Shown: positions 1-9,366, counted from the stretch's first letter. The stretch: DNA of 64,000 nucleotides from Gammaproteobacteria bacterium (GCA_016874535.1 VGUA01000002.1:18476-82475); one strand, 5' to 3'. Notes: generated by a model from the sequence alone, not told the origin. Program-made: numbers and translations.

Positions 1-2
1 CC

Positions 3-1298
3 TCACAGACGGAAAACAGTGAATCCCGCCGCAGCAGCGGCATGACGATCAAATAACGCTTTGAGGTCCCCCAACACCGGTTTGGTGCCACGGCAAAAGG
101 CTCGCAGTTCCTGCGGGTTCTTGCACCTGAACTCGTCGTGGCCGACCGCAATGATTAGCGCGTCGACCGGGTTACTCCGGTCAATCGTCCCTAACCGGAT
201 GCCGTATTGGTGGAATACCTCGTCAGCATCAGCCCATGGGTCGGCCACAACAACCTTGACTCCCCAACCCTCAAGCTCGCGCACGAGGTCAGCTACTTTG
301 CTATTGCGGATGTCGGGGCAGTCTTCTTTGAAGGTGATTCCATGGACGCCCACCGTACTGCGCGCTACATCGACGCCATTTTTCAGCATCAGGCGGATGA
401 CATTGCGTGCGGCGCAGCGCGCCATGTTATCGTTTATGCGGCGCCCTGCCAGAATTACCTGCGGGCGGTAGCCAACTTCTTCCGCTTTATGGGTGAGATA
501 ATAGGGATCAACGCCAATACAGTGACCGCCAACCATGCCTGGCCGAAATGGCAAGAAATTCCACTTGCTGCCAGCGGCTTCCAATACTTCAACGGTGTCT
601 ATGCCGAGTCGCTCGAAGATAACCGAGAGTTCATTAACTAGGGCAATATTGAGGTCGCGCTGGGTGTTTTCGATGACCCTTGCTGCCTCGGCCACCTTGA
701 GGCTAGTTGCCGGATATGTCCCTGCGGTAATGACGCTGCGATAAAGCGAATCGACCGCCAAGGCTGCCTCCGGTGTTGAACCGCTGGTTACTTTCTTGAT
801 TCTGGTTAACGAGTTGACCTTGTCACCGGGATTGATCCGTTCCGGGCTATAGCCACAGAAAAAGTCTACGTTGAAACTCAGTCCGGAGTGGCCTTCAAGC
901 ACCGGCACACAAACCTCTTCAGTGCAACCCGGATAGACCGTTGACTCGTAGATCACCAGAGAGCCGGGTTTCATCACCTTGCCCACAGTTTCACTCGCCT
1001 TGATGAGTGGTGTCAGATCAGGGTGGTTCGCTTTATCTATGGGTGTCGGCACGGTCACGATGAAGATACCGCAGTCGGCGATGTCTTCGATCTGGTTGCT
1101 GACATGCAGCTGCGTCGCAGCCGCGAGTTCTTTCGACGCAACTTCAAGAGTGCGGTCGTTGCCGTTGAGGAGTTCCGTTACACGCGCCACGTTAATATCA
1201 AAGCCGACCACAGGCCGATGCTTGCCGAATTCCACAGCCAATGGCAGGCCCACATACCCAAGGCCGATGACCGCAATCTTTGCATTTACGTCCATCAA
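3..1298 (-). CDS. Nucleotide-sugar 6-dehydrogenase, TviB/WbpO/CapL-like (UDP-N-acetylglucosamine or -galactosamine dehydrogenase family)
   Basis: Complete 431-aa ORF. N-terminal Rossmann motif KIAVIGLGYVGLPLAVEFG. Catalytic-Cys region GGHCIGVDPYY. Overall UDP-glucose/GDP-mannose dehydrogenase family layout. Visibly AT-richer than the rest of the window. Confidence 0.85.
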   Translation of the reverse strand: MMDVNAKIAVIGLGYVGLPLAVEFGKHRPVVGFDINVARVTELLNGNDRTLEVASKELAAATQLHVSNQIEDIADCGIFIVTVPTPIDKANHPDLTPLIKASETVGKVMKPGSLVIYESTVYPGCTEEVCVPVLEGHSGLSFNVDFFCGYSPERINPGDKVNSLTRIKKVTSGSTPEAALAVDSLYRSVITAGTYPATSLKVAEAARVIENTQRDLNIALVNELSVIFERLGIDTVEVLEAAGSKWNFLPFRPGMVGGHCIGVDPYYLTHKAEEVGYRPQVILAGRRINDNMARCAARNVIRLMLKNGVDVARSTVGVHGITFKEDCPDIRNSKVADLVRELEGWGVKVVVADPWADADEVFHQYGIRLGTIDRSNPVDALIIAVGHDEFRCKNPQELRAFCRGTKPVLGDLKALFDRHAAAAAGFTVFRL

Positions 1299-1839
1299 CG
1301 CTGTCCGCTTGAAGTTAGGTCACATCCGACCCGTAGAGACTGTTTTGGAGTCTGTTGTGAGCATTTTAATTGTTTGTAGCTGCGGCCGCCCGCTTTTCAC
1401 GCCCTGAGCCGGAGTCAATTGGCCGACTGGAGCAAGCTCGGGTTTGCTGGAGCTGATTCGCCAAGGCATTTCGCCGGAGTCGCGTGCCCGCGAAACCTCG
1501 GGCAGGTCAGCCTTCCCCTCGGGGTCGAACACGCCCTGCCGCCGAGCGAAACCTCAATTCAACACCTGTTGCTTTGCCCGCTCCATGCAAATCACAGGGA
1601 ATCGGGTGATGCTCCTTTTGGTCCGGGAGATTTTCCCTTCACAAATCAGACTCCGCGCCTCCTGTTGTGGCGCCTGCATCGGGCCCAACAGAAGATACCA
1701 TACGTGCCAAGCGAGCTGTTTCTGGCGCCAGGGACGTAGCTCAGCGTTACGCTGAGACGCGCCACAGGGTGCCTGAGTCGTGAATACCCGGAGTCGAGCG
1801 GATAAAGGATGCCCGGACCATGAAAGCGGGACATCGAGC

Positions 1840-2631
1840 TCAGTGCGGCCTGCTTGAGGATTCCTCGGCTGCACGCTGCAGGATTTCACTTGGGAACATC
1901 GCCTCCAGCCGGGCCCGGCTGCCGGCATCCGGGCAGAGCGCCAAGGCGGCATCCCGTTCCCGATGCGCCATGCCGTGCACCCCGAGCTTCAACCAGAGTT
2001 GCGCGCGCTCCAGCCGGAGGCCGGGGTCTATGGGTGCGAGCAGCAACTGGAAGTCAGTGCATTCCAGCGCCCGCGTAGCGTCCCCGGCGGCCAGGGCGAT
2101 GCCTTTCAGGTTGTTGAGCATGCGCAGCGTGAGCGTGCGGGCATCGGCGGTCGGCAGGGGTGTGCCGGGAGCCATGCCTGCCTGGGCAAAGAGTCGGGCC
2201 CGGGCATCGGTGTCGATTACTTGCACGGTGAAAGGATCCACCAGCTGGCGCTCGAGCAGAACCAGGAAGTGGCCGGGGAAGTTGATGCCCTGAGCTGGGA
2301 GATCCAGCAGCTCCGCCACCCCGAGGATGACGACGGCAAGGCTGATGGGGATCCCACAGCGCTCTGCGAGCACATAACCGAGGGAGCTGTTGCGGGCTTC
2401 GTAGTAACTTTCGGCGCCGGCAAAGCCTTCCTGCCGCAGAACCGACAGCAGCCGCTCGGCGCTGGCCGCCGGACCAACCTTGTTGGCCAGCTTTAGGAGT
2501 TCCCGGCGGATGGCGGCGGGGTCGGTCGCGGGATCGATGAAACGGGAGACGAGCAGCGCGCCTTCCAGCACACTCGCCGGGTGGTCAGCAAAGCGTCTGA
2601 AGTCTTGTTCCAGCGTTGATGTTTCTGTCAC
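1840..2631 (-). CDS. SirB1/YchA-like protein (transglutaminase-like N-terminal region plus TPR-like C-terminus)
   Basis: The segment NSSLGYVLAERCGIPISLAVVILGVAELLDLPAQGINFPGHFLV...VDPF matches the SirB1-family core. The start is placed at GTG 2631 (VTETSTLEQDF...). The ORF stays open up to 2811, but that part overlaps the upstream small ORF. The start is uncertain. Confidence 0.65.
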   Translation of the reverse strand: MTETSTLEQDFRRFADHPASVLEGALLVSRFIDPATDPAAIRRELLKLANKVGPAASAERLLSVLRQEGFAGAESYYEARNSSLGYVLAERCGIPISLAVVILGVAELLDLPAQGINFPGHFLVLLERQLVDPFTVQVIDTDARARLFAQAGMAPGTPLPTADARTLTLRMLNNLKGIALAAGDATRALECTDFQLLLAPIDPGLRLERAQLWLKLGVHGMAHRERDAALALCPDAGSRARLEAMFPSEILQRAAEESSSRPH

Positions 2632-2692
2632 CGGTGAGCGCGCTCCGGGAGGGGCGATCAGTATAGCGGTGGCGTCGAGCCTGCGGTCCCAC

Positions 2693-2902
2693 TTAGGTCC
2701 CCAAGCCCTCATCATTCGTATAAAACAGCCCTCGCAGCTCGTTGCCCTCGCCCAGTTCCAGTCGCAGCAGTACCCGGGTGCCCAGCTTGCGGGCGCGCCT
2801 GAAGACCTCATCCGAGGTGCTGAAAGGTACGTAATCCCCGTTCATGTCGCGATACCCGTCAAAACGGGCGGGTTGTGGGGTGATCTTGCGACTGGCTCTC
2901 AT
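2693..2902 (-). CDS. Small hypothetical protein (69 aa)
   Basis: ATG at 2902 is preceded by AGGAG 5 nt upstream (minus strand ...ccggaggagccgcATG). It lies in the same operon orientation, between the VWA and SirB1-like genes. I recognised no family. Confidence 0.45.
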   Translation of the reverse strand: MRASRKITPQPARFDGYRDMNGDYVPFSTSDEVFRRARKLGTRVLLRLELGEGNELRGLFYTNDEGLGT

Positions 2903-3033
2903 GCGGCTCCTCCGGTTGGGGGGCGAAGGGTCCGCCCCGACGTACGGAGGAGTTAGCGTCGGCCGGGAAACATTCCTGTAGCCCGGATCTCCAAAACTGC
3001 CGACTGGTGCGCGTTTGCAACCTTGCGCGCGGA

Positions 3034-4221
3034 TCAGTGCGCCTTCTTGAGGGCCCTCATGGCCCGGTCCAGGCCGTCGATGGTGAGCGGGAACATGCGG
3101 TCGCTTATGAGCTGCTTCACCATGCCGATGGACGGGATGTAGCTCCAATAATCCTCGGGCTGGGGATTCAGCCACACCGCATGCGGGTACAAGGCCAGCA
3201 GTCGCGCCATCCACGTGGCGCCGGATTCCTCGTTCCAGTGCTCGATGCTGCCACCCACGGCCATGATCTCGTAAGGACTCATGGTGGCGTCCCCCACAAA
3301 GACCACCTTGTGGTCCGCGCTGTAGGTGTTCATGAGCTGCTGGGTCGGCAGGCGCACGTTGTTGCGCATCTGGTTGTCCCGCCAGACCGTCTCGTACATG
3401 AAGTTGTGGAAGTAGAAGTGCTCGAGATGCTTGAACTCCGTGCGCGTGGCGGAGAACAGCTCCTCACAGACCTTCACATGGGGATCCATGGATCCGCCCA
3501 CGTCCAGGAACAGCAGAATCTTGGTGGTATTGCGGCGCTCGGGCACCAGCTTGATGTCGAGCATGCCGCCCTTGTGGGCCGTGGAGCGAATGGTGTCGTC
3601 CAGATCGAGCTCTTCCTCGGCACCTTGGCGGGCAAATCGCCGCAGCTTGCGCAACGCCACCTTGATGTTGCGCGTACCGAGCTCCACGGAATCGTCGAGA
3701 TTCTGGTATTCGCGCTTGTCCCACACTTTCACCGCGCGGCCTGAGCGACCCTTCTCCTGGCCGATGCGCACGCCTTCGGGGTTGTAACCATAGGCGCCGA
3801 AGGGCGAAGTACCGCCCGTGCCTATCCATTTGTTGCCCCCGTGATGGGCCTTCTTCTGCTCCTCCAGACGCTGCTTCAAGGTCTCCATGATCTTGTCCCA
3901 GCCGCCGAGCGCCTCAATCTGGGCCTTCTCGTCGTCCGTGAGGTTGAGCTCCTTCTGCTTCTGCAGCCATTCCATGGGAATCTCGCCGAGGATCTCCTCG
4001 AAAAGGGTCTGCTGGCCGCGGATGTAGTCACCAAAGACCTGATCGAAGCGATCAAAGAAACGCTCGTCCTTCACCAGGGTGGCGCGCGCCAGGTAGTAGA
4101 AATCATCGATGCTGAAGCCCGCCACGCGGGCCTCCAGCGCTGCCATCAAGGTCAGGAACTCGGTCAGCGAGACCGGGATCTGGACCTTGCGCAGCCGATA
4201 GAAAAACTCAGTGAGCACCAC
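3034..4221 (-). CDS. VWA domain-containing CoxE-like protein (MoxR partner)
   Basis: The N-terminal FYRLRKVQIPVSLTEFLTL... and the C-terminal VWA region (ILLFLDVGGSMDPH) are typical of CoxE-type VWA proteins. A GTG start at 4221/4218 overlaps the moxR stop (GTGGTGCTCACTGA). Confidence 0.8.
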   Translation of the reverse strand: MVLTEFFYRLRKVQIPVSLTEFLTLMAALEARVAGFSIDDFYYLARATLVKDERFFDRFDQVFGDYIRGQQTLFEEILGEIPMEWLQKQKELNLTDDEKAQIEALGGWDKIMETLKQRLEEQKKAHHGGNKWIGTGGTSPFGAYGYNPEGVRIGQEKGRSGRAVKVWDKREYQNLDDSVELGTRNIKVALRKLRRFARQGAEEELDLDDTIRSTAHKGGMLDIKLVPERRNTTKILLFLDVGGSMDPHVKVCEELFSATRTEFKHLEHFYFHNFMYETVWRDNQMRNNVRLPTQQLMNTYSADHKVVFVGDATMSPYEIMAVGGSIEHWNEESGATWMARLLALYPHAVWLNPQPEDYWSYIPSIGMVKQLISDRMFPLTIDGLDRAMRALKKAH

Positions 4222-5065
4222 GCCCCCGTGACATGAAGACCAGGCGTTCGAAAAGATGCATGTCCTGCTCGTTCTTGAGCAGCGCGCCATAAAGCTTGGG
4301 AATGGCCTTGCGGGTGTCCTGTTCGCGCAGGGCTTCCGGCGGGATGTCGTCCGCCACCAGGAGCTTGATCCAGTCCAGCAGCTCCGAGGTGGACGGCTTC
4401 TTCTTCAGTCCCGGGAGCTCGCGCAGTTCGAAGAAGCACTCCATGGCTTCCTGCAGCAGGCGCTTCTTGATGTCCGGATAGTGCACACGGACGATCTGCT
4501 CCATCGTGTCCTGCTCGGGAAAACGGATGTAGTGGAAGAAGCAGCGGCGGAGGAAGGCATCCGGCAGCTCTTTCTCGTTGTTGCTGGTGATGATGATGAT
4601 GGGGCGCTGGCGGGCCTTGATGGTCTCGCGTGTCTCGTAGACGAAGAACTCCATGCGGTCGAGTTCCTGCAGCAGATCGTTGGGGAATTCGATGTCCGCC
4701 TTGTCGATCTCGTCGATGAGCAGCACCGGCTGGGTATCGGCTTCGAAAGCCTCCCACAGCTTGCCCTTCAGGATGTAGTTGTGGATGTCGTGGACGCGAT
4801 CGTCGCCCAGCTGGGAGTCCCGCAGACGCGCCACGGCGTCGTATTCGTAGAGCCCGCGCGCCGCCTTGGTGGTGGACTTGATGTGCCACTGAATCAAGGG
4901 TCGCTTGAGTGAGCGCGCAATCTCCTCCGCGAGCATGGTCTTGCCGGTGCCGGGCTCGCCCTTCACCAGCAGCGGGCGGGCGAGGGTGATGGCCGCGTTC
5001 ACAGCCATCATGAGGTCATCGGTGGCGACGTAGGAGTCGGTTCCGGTAAAGCGCGCTGTCGACAT
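4208..5065 (-). CDS. MoxR-family AAA+ ATPase
   Basis: Walker A LVKGEPGTGKT and Walker B VLLIDEIDKA are present. Length is 285 aa. It is paired with a downstream VWA gene, as is typical for MoxR systems. Confidence 0.9.
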   Translation of the reverse strand: MSTARFTGTDSYVATDDLMMAVNAAITLARPLLVKGEPGTGKTMLAEEIARSLKRPLIQWHIKSTTKAARGLYEYDAVARLRDSQLGDDRVHDIHNYILKGKLWEAFEADTQPVLLIDEIDKADIEFPNDLLQELDRMEFFVYETRETIKARQRPIIIITSNNEKELPDAFLRRCFFHYIRFPEQDTMEQIVRVHYPDIKKRLLQEAMECFFELRELPGLKKKPSTSELLDWIKLLVADDIPPEALREQDTRKAIPKLYGALLKNEQDMHLFERLVFMSRGRGAH

Positions 5066-5151
5066 GGGGTCTTCCGGTTTTTAGGATGTGGCCGGCATTG
5101 TAATGCATGGCATCGTCCAACCGGTGCCCACACCGCCGAGGAGCCCAGCCC

Positions 5152-6024
5152 ATGCGCCCCGCCCTGTTTTCCGTGTTCCTGCCCCTGCTGCTGTTTCTCG
5201 CCGAGGCCGGGGCGCAAACCGCCACGCCTCCCGAAACAAGGGCTGAAGACAAAGCCTTGGATTCAACCAACGCGCTGGCGATGGGCGTCGCGGCCTTCAA
5301 AACGGGCGACCACGGTCTCGCTCTGAGCGAACTGCAGGGCCCGGCTGCCGCTGGTGAAGCCCTCGCCCAGTTCTATCTCGGCGTGCTGTACGCCGAGGGC
5401 TGGGGCACCCTGCCGGACCCCGCGATCGCCCGTGGCTGGTTCGAAAAAGCCGCGCAACAGGGCTTTGCCAAGGCAGAGCACAATCTGGGTGTCATCTTCC
5501 AGAAGGGAGAGGGCGTGCCGGCAAACCCGGCGCAGGCCCGCGACTGGTTCGAGCGCGCAGCCGCCCATGGCAGTGCCCGCTCGGCCCAGCAGCTGGGGCT
5601 GATGTTCTTCCAAGGCCAAGGCGTTCCAAGGGACTTTGCTGCCGCCCATCGCTGGTGGGAGCAGGCCCTCACAGGCGGGGAGGCCGATGCAGGCTACAAC
5701 CTCGGCATCCTTCACCTGCGCGGCATGGGAGTGGAGCGCGACCCTGCTGCGGCAGCCCTCTGGTGGGAGCGCGCGGCGCGCAAGGGCTCCGTGCTCGCGC
5801 AGAATGCGTTGGGTGGGGCCTGCGAGAAGGGTGAAGGAGTGACGGCAGATCCGGTGCGGGCACTCGCCTGGTATCGGCTCGCGATGCGCGGAGGGCTGAA
5901 CGTTGCGGCCCAGAATGCAGCGCTGCTGGAAGGCCGGTTGGGCCCCGAGCAACTGGAAGCGGCAGCGGTTCTCGAGCAGACGCTGGCCGCCGAGCTGCCG
6001 CCCGGAACCCCATCCTCGCCCTGA
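5152..6024 (+). CDS. Secreted Sel1-repeat (SLR/TPR-like) protein
   Basis: ATG 5152 has GAGGAG 7 nt upstream. The signal-peptide-like N-terminus is MRPALFSVFLPLLLFLAEAGAQT. Repeated A..W..KAA.QG...A...LG..Y..G.GV units are present. Confidence 0.8.
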   Translation: MRPALFSVFLPLLLFLAEAGAQTATPPETRAEDKALDSTNALAMGVAAFKTGDHGLALSELQGPAAAGEALAQFYLGVLYAEGWGTLPDPAIARGWFEKAAQQGFAKAEHNLGVIFQKGEGVPANPAQARDWFERAAAHGSARSAQQLGLMFFQGQGVPRDFAAAHRWWEQALTGGEADAGYNLGILHLRGMGVERDPAAAALWWERAARKGSVLAQNALGGACEKGEGVTADPVRALAWYRLAMRGGLNVAAQNAALLEGRLGPEQLEAAAVLEQTLAAELPPGTPSSP

Positions 6025-6116
6025 CGTCTGCATCCGGCCTCAAGCTCCGGCAACCGCAGCCGCTGCACTGTCATGCAGGTGACAGCAGGTTTTCAGTGCA
6101 GGAGGGCAGCACCGCC

Positions 6117-6614
6117 ATGAGCAGCGTATTTTCTCAAATCACAGGCTTTACCGCGGGGCAGGAGACCGGCGCCTGGTTCGCGCCGCAGAACGATTTCGAG
6201 GATCAACGCGCGTACCCGCGCATCCTGGGCGATTTCCCGGTGGCGTTCCGCAACGGTCAGGGCCAGCACTGTGCCGCGACCCTGCGCAATCTCTCACCCG
6301 AGGGGCTGCAGATTGCCTGCAACATGGCCACTGCCCAGATCATCCACCCGGCGGGCGGGCGACTCAAAGGGGACAATCAGCCCCTGCTGCAGGCGACCAT
6401 GGTGTTGCCGCTGGCGGAGGGCCACCAGACCCTCTCGGCCTGCGTGCGTTTGCTGCACGTGGCGACGACTGCCGCGGCGAGCTGCCTGATGGGTTTCCAG
6501 TTCCTGGAACTGCGCCCCAAGGCCCGCAGACAGATTGATGCTTTCTACGCCGAACGGCTGCGATATCTGGCAGGGCCTGCCTACCGCTACGTGCCCCCGC
6601 TCGCGCGCGCCTGA
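6117..6614 (+). CDS. PilZ domain protein (putative c-di-GMP receptor)
   Basis: RxxxR motif (QRAYPR) and N/DxSxxG motif (NLSPEG) occur at PilZ spacing. ATG 6117 has GGAGGG 10 nt upstream. Confidence 0.7.
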   Translation: MSSVFSQITGFTAGQETGAWFAPQNDFEDQRAYPRILGDFPVAFRNGQGQHCAATLRNLSPEGLQIACNMATAQIIHPAGGRLKGDNQPLLQATMVLPLAEGHQTLSACVRLLHVATTAAASCLMGFQFLELRPKARRQIDAFYAERLRYLAGPAYRYVPPLARA

Positions 6615-6627
6615 GCGTGCCGCGGAT

Positions 6628-6840
6628 TCAGGCGTCGAGATCGGGGATCAGCAGGCTGCGCAAGCGCTCAATCTGATCCTTCAGCTGCAGCTTGCGTTTT
6701 TTCAGGCGCTTGATGAGGAGCTCATCGGCCTCTATTCCGGCCGCGAGGCGGGACACCACCTCATCCAGATCGCGATGCTCCACCTGCAGTTCGTGGAGCC
6801 GGCGCTCCAGCGATTTCCCCCGCTCATCACTCACCCGCAC
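6628..6840 (-). CDS. DUF465/YdcH-like small coiled-coil protein
   Basis: The C-terminal ...DELLIKRLKKRKLQLKDQIERLR... is the characteristic DUF465 motif. The start is uncertain: GTG at 6840 or 6834 gives about 70 aa, and the upstream ATG at 6957 gives 109 aa. Confidence 0.55.
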   Translation of the reverse strand: MRVSDERGKSLERRLHELQVEHRDLDEVVSRLAAGIEADELLIKRLKKRKLQLKDQIERLRSLLIPDLDA

Positions 6841-6979
6841 CCCCTTGCGGCGCCCGCTCGGGAACGCCTGTTCCCCGTCGATTCTACGCACAATCCCCGG
6901 AGTCAGCGCTCGCGCAGTGCTTGACGGAAACACGATGGCAGCGCTCTGATCGGTCATCCATCGCCCGCACGGGGTATTC

Positions 6980-8701
6980 ATGAGCACAGGGACGCCCGCG
7001 AGTGACACGCAGACCGCACGGATGCGGCAGCTGATACCCTTGAACAGCCTGTCCCCCGAGCGCCTCGCGACATTGCTGGGGAGCGCGGAAATCATCGACC
7101 TGCCCCCCGGCGCTGCAGTGTTCACAGCTGGCGAGGCCAATCCCTTTTGCTGGTACATGCTGGGTGGCGCGGTGGAGCTCCGCCACGGGGAGCGAACCAT
7201 CGCAACGGTTGCGTAAGGCACCCCGGAATCCCTGCAGGCGTTGTCTCTTTCGCATCCGCACCGGCTGTCTGCCCGCAGTGTGACCGGCGTGCATCTCATG
7301 CGCTGCCCGCGAGCGCTGCTCGACAGCCTGCTGGCGGCGGAAATGGGTGTGTCCGCTCAAGTTGATGAATCCCCAGCCGCTATCGATTTGGACTCCCACG
7401 ACTGGATTGGCAAATTGCTGCAAAGCCCGCCCTTCAATCACATGTCACCCGAGCATGTCCGCGCGCTCTTCAGCGCCCTCACGCCGGTCGATCTGGCGTC
7501 CGGCGCGGTGGTCATTCGCGAGGGCGAGGGTGCGGATGACTACTACATCATCCAGCGCGGCCGCTGCCTGGTGAGTCGTCAGCCCTCACCCCGCAGTGAC
7601 CGGCAGCAACTCGCAATCCTTGGCCCAGGAGAGGCCTTCGGTGAGGAAGCGCTGCTCACGGGCTCGGCTCGCAACGCCACCGTCGCCATGTTGAGTGAAG
7701 GCCGATTGATGCGTCTGGCGCGCGCCGATTTCGAGCGCTTCGTGAAACAGCCCTTGGTGCACGCGGTGAGTTTTGATCAGGCCTTGCAGCTGGCCGAACA
7801 GCGGGGCGCGGTGTGGCTGGATGTGCGCGATCCTGCGCGGGCGGCGGAAGCGCCCTTGCGCGACAGTCTGGTGATGCCCCTCGGTACGCTCAGGGTGCAG
7901 CTGCAGAAACTGGAGCGAAACAAGCCCTGCATCGTGTGCTGTGATGACGGCCGGCTCAGCACGGCAGGGGCCTTCCTGCTGGCAGAGCGCGGCATCGAGG
8001 CCTATGTATTGGAGGGTGGGCTGGCTGGCCTACCCGCAACCCGCACGACCAGCGTTCCTGCAGCAGGTGCACCCGGCAGACCGATGGCCGAGGCTGCGCT
8101 GCCGGCAGACGACGCCGTGTTGTCGCTGGACGAGGAAGCCGCGCGCCTGGAGGCGCATGAATTCTTTGATCTCGCCTTGGAGCCGCCGGCTGCAGAAGCA
8201 CCGGATGGCGTGGTACCCGCCGCAAGTTCGGCGCACGTTCCGGTTTCACAGCGCAACACACCTCTCGACCGACCGTCTCCGCCGACCGAGGGGTCCGCAC
8301 AGGTATCCAGGGCCAGCGAGGAAGTCCATGCCCTGCGACGTCGGATACAGGAACTGGAGAAAGAGAACGACGCCCTGCGCGCGGCGCTGGCCGTGCTGGC
8401 ACCGCGGGAGCCTGCCCCCGTCCTGCGTCGGCAGGAAGCAACCCGCGCGACCGGTTCGGCAGTCATCACGGGCAAATCCGCACCCATTCCCGTCGCGCCC
8501 GGCAATGCGTCCGACGAGCTCGAGATCACGTTCGATGGTGGGCCGGCCCTGCCACGGCCCTCAGCCAGCGCGCTCGCGGCGCAGGCAAGGCAGCGCGCCA
8601 TGGCCGAGCATCGCGCCCGGGAAACAGCGGCTCGCGCCGCCCTGAAAGAGCACGACAAGGCACTGCTCTCGGAAGTGGAAGAGCATTTCAGGGAGCGTTG
8701 A
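6980..8701 (+). pseudogene. Dual cyclic-nucleotide-binding / rhodanese / coiled-coil protein interrupted by one in-frame TAA (7214-7216)
   Basis: ORFs 6980-7216 and 7241-8701 are in the same frame and are separated only by TAA. The first CNB-like domain spans the stop (...ELRHGERTIATVA*GTPESLQALSLSHPHRLSARSVTGVHLMRC). The second CNB domain is canonical (GEAFGEEALLTGSARNATVAM). It is followed by a rhodanese-like domain (CIVCCDDGRLS), then an Ala/Pro-rich and coiled-coil tail. Confidence 0.65.
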
Positions 8702-8778
8702 GCGTCGGTCTCTGCCCGAGGTCTTTGCACGGGAGCATTGCCCGAGATCACTGATTGGGGCCTTCGTCTGGGGCCTGC

Positions 8779-8826
8779 AGTCAGGGCCGGAGTTCAGGGC
8801 CACAGTTCAGGGCCACAGTTCAGGAT
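8779..8826. repeat. Short tandem repeat, 13-bp unit AGTTCAGGGCCAC in about 3.7 copies
   Basis: Read directly: agtcagggccgg / agttcagggccac / agttcagggccac / agttcaggat. It lies in the convergent gap and overlaps the stop codon of the DUF3301-like gene. Confidence 0.7.
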
Positions 8827-9158
8827 CTGCGCCGCCCACCCACCTCGATGATGAGTGGGCCTGAGGGCATTTCCAGTCTCACACGCTGCAGGGACAGGCC
8901 TGACTGGAACACCTGGCCCTTGCAGCGATCAGCGCCGTCGGCACTGAATTCGAATTCGTAACGCCGCTCGAGCGCCCAGTGCGGGGAACGCACCAAGCGC
9001 ATGCCGTTCAGGGCGACCGAGTCATCCAGACGCTGCATGTGCAGGTCACGACAGACTTCACGGGAAATCGCCAGCACCTGCTCGCGTCCCTTCACGCTCC
9101 ATTGCCAGAGGCCGAGCAGCGCCCCCACCAGCACGAGCAGCAAAAGGCCGTTGAACAT
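8820..9158 (-). CDS. DUF3301-like small membrane protein
   Basis: Start is at MFNGLLLLVLVGALLGLWQW (N-terminal TM helix). The size of about 112 aa, and the position next to the CPXCG and yajQ genes, match the arrangement in other gammaproteobacteria. Confidence 0.6.
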   Translation of the reverse strand: MFNGLLLLVLVGALLGLWQWSVKGREQVLAISREVCRDLHMQRLDDSVALNGMRLVRSPHWALERRYEFEFSADGADRCKGQVFQSGLSLQRVRLEMPSGPLIIEVGGRRRS

Positions 9159-9172
9159 CCGTGCACCCGGCC

Positions 9173-9361
9173 TCAGGCATCCAGGGTCTGGGCGGAAAAG
9201 TCGCCGAGCACCCCATCCTCCACGCTGAAGGCGAGCTCTATCGGCCGGCAGCAGACTTCGCAGTCCTCCACATAGCGCTGCTCCGGCGCGGACAGATCGA
9301 GCAGGCTCGAGATCTGCTCCCAGCAATAGGGGCAGGTGTAGAAATGTTCTTCGACACCCAT
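9173..9361 (-). CDS. CPXCG-motif zinc-ribbon protein
   Basis: 62 aa, with CPYC...CEVCC cysteine pairs (YTCPYCWEQ...EDCEVCCRPI). Confidence 0.75.
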   Translation of the reverse strand: MGVEEHFYTCPYCWEQISSLLDLSAPEQRYVEDCEVCCRPIELAFSVEDGVLGDFSAQTLDA

Positions 9362-9366
9362 TCGCG

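Noticed and set aside
1733-1800. tRNA-like start GGGACGTAGCTCAGCG... in the left-hand non-coding spacer, a possible tRNA or tRNA remnant marking an island integration site.
   Set aside because: Only the GTAGCTCAG string resembles a D-arm. There is no T-arm (GGTTCGAATCC-like) sequence, no complementary 3' acceptor strand and no cloverleaf. The local hairpin CTCAGCG-tta-CGCTGAG explains the resemblance.
8779-8826. CRISPR-like array.
   Set aside because: The 13-bp units are directly adjacent with no spacers, and there are no cas genes. It is a simple microsatellite.
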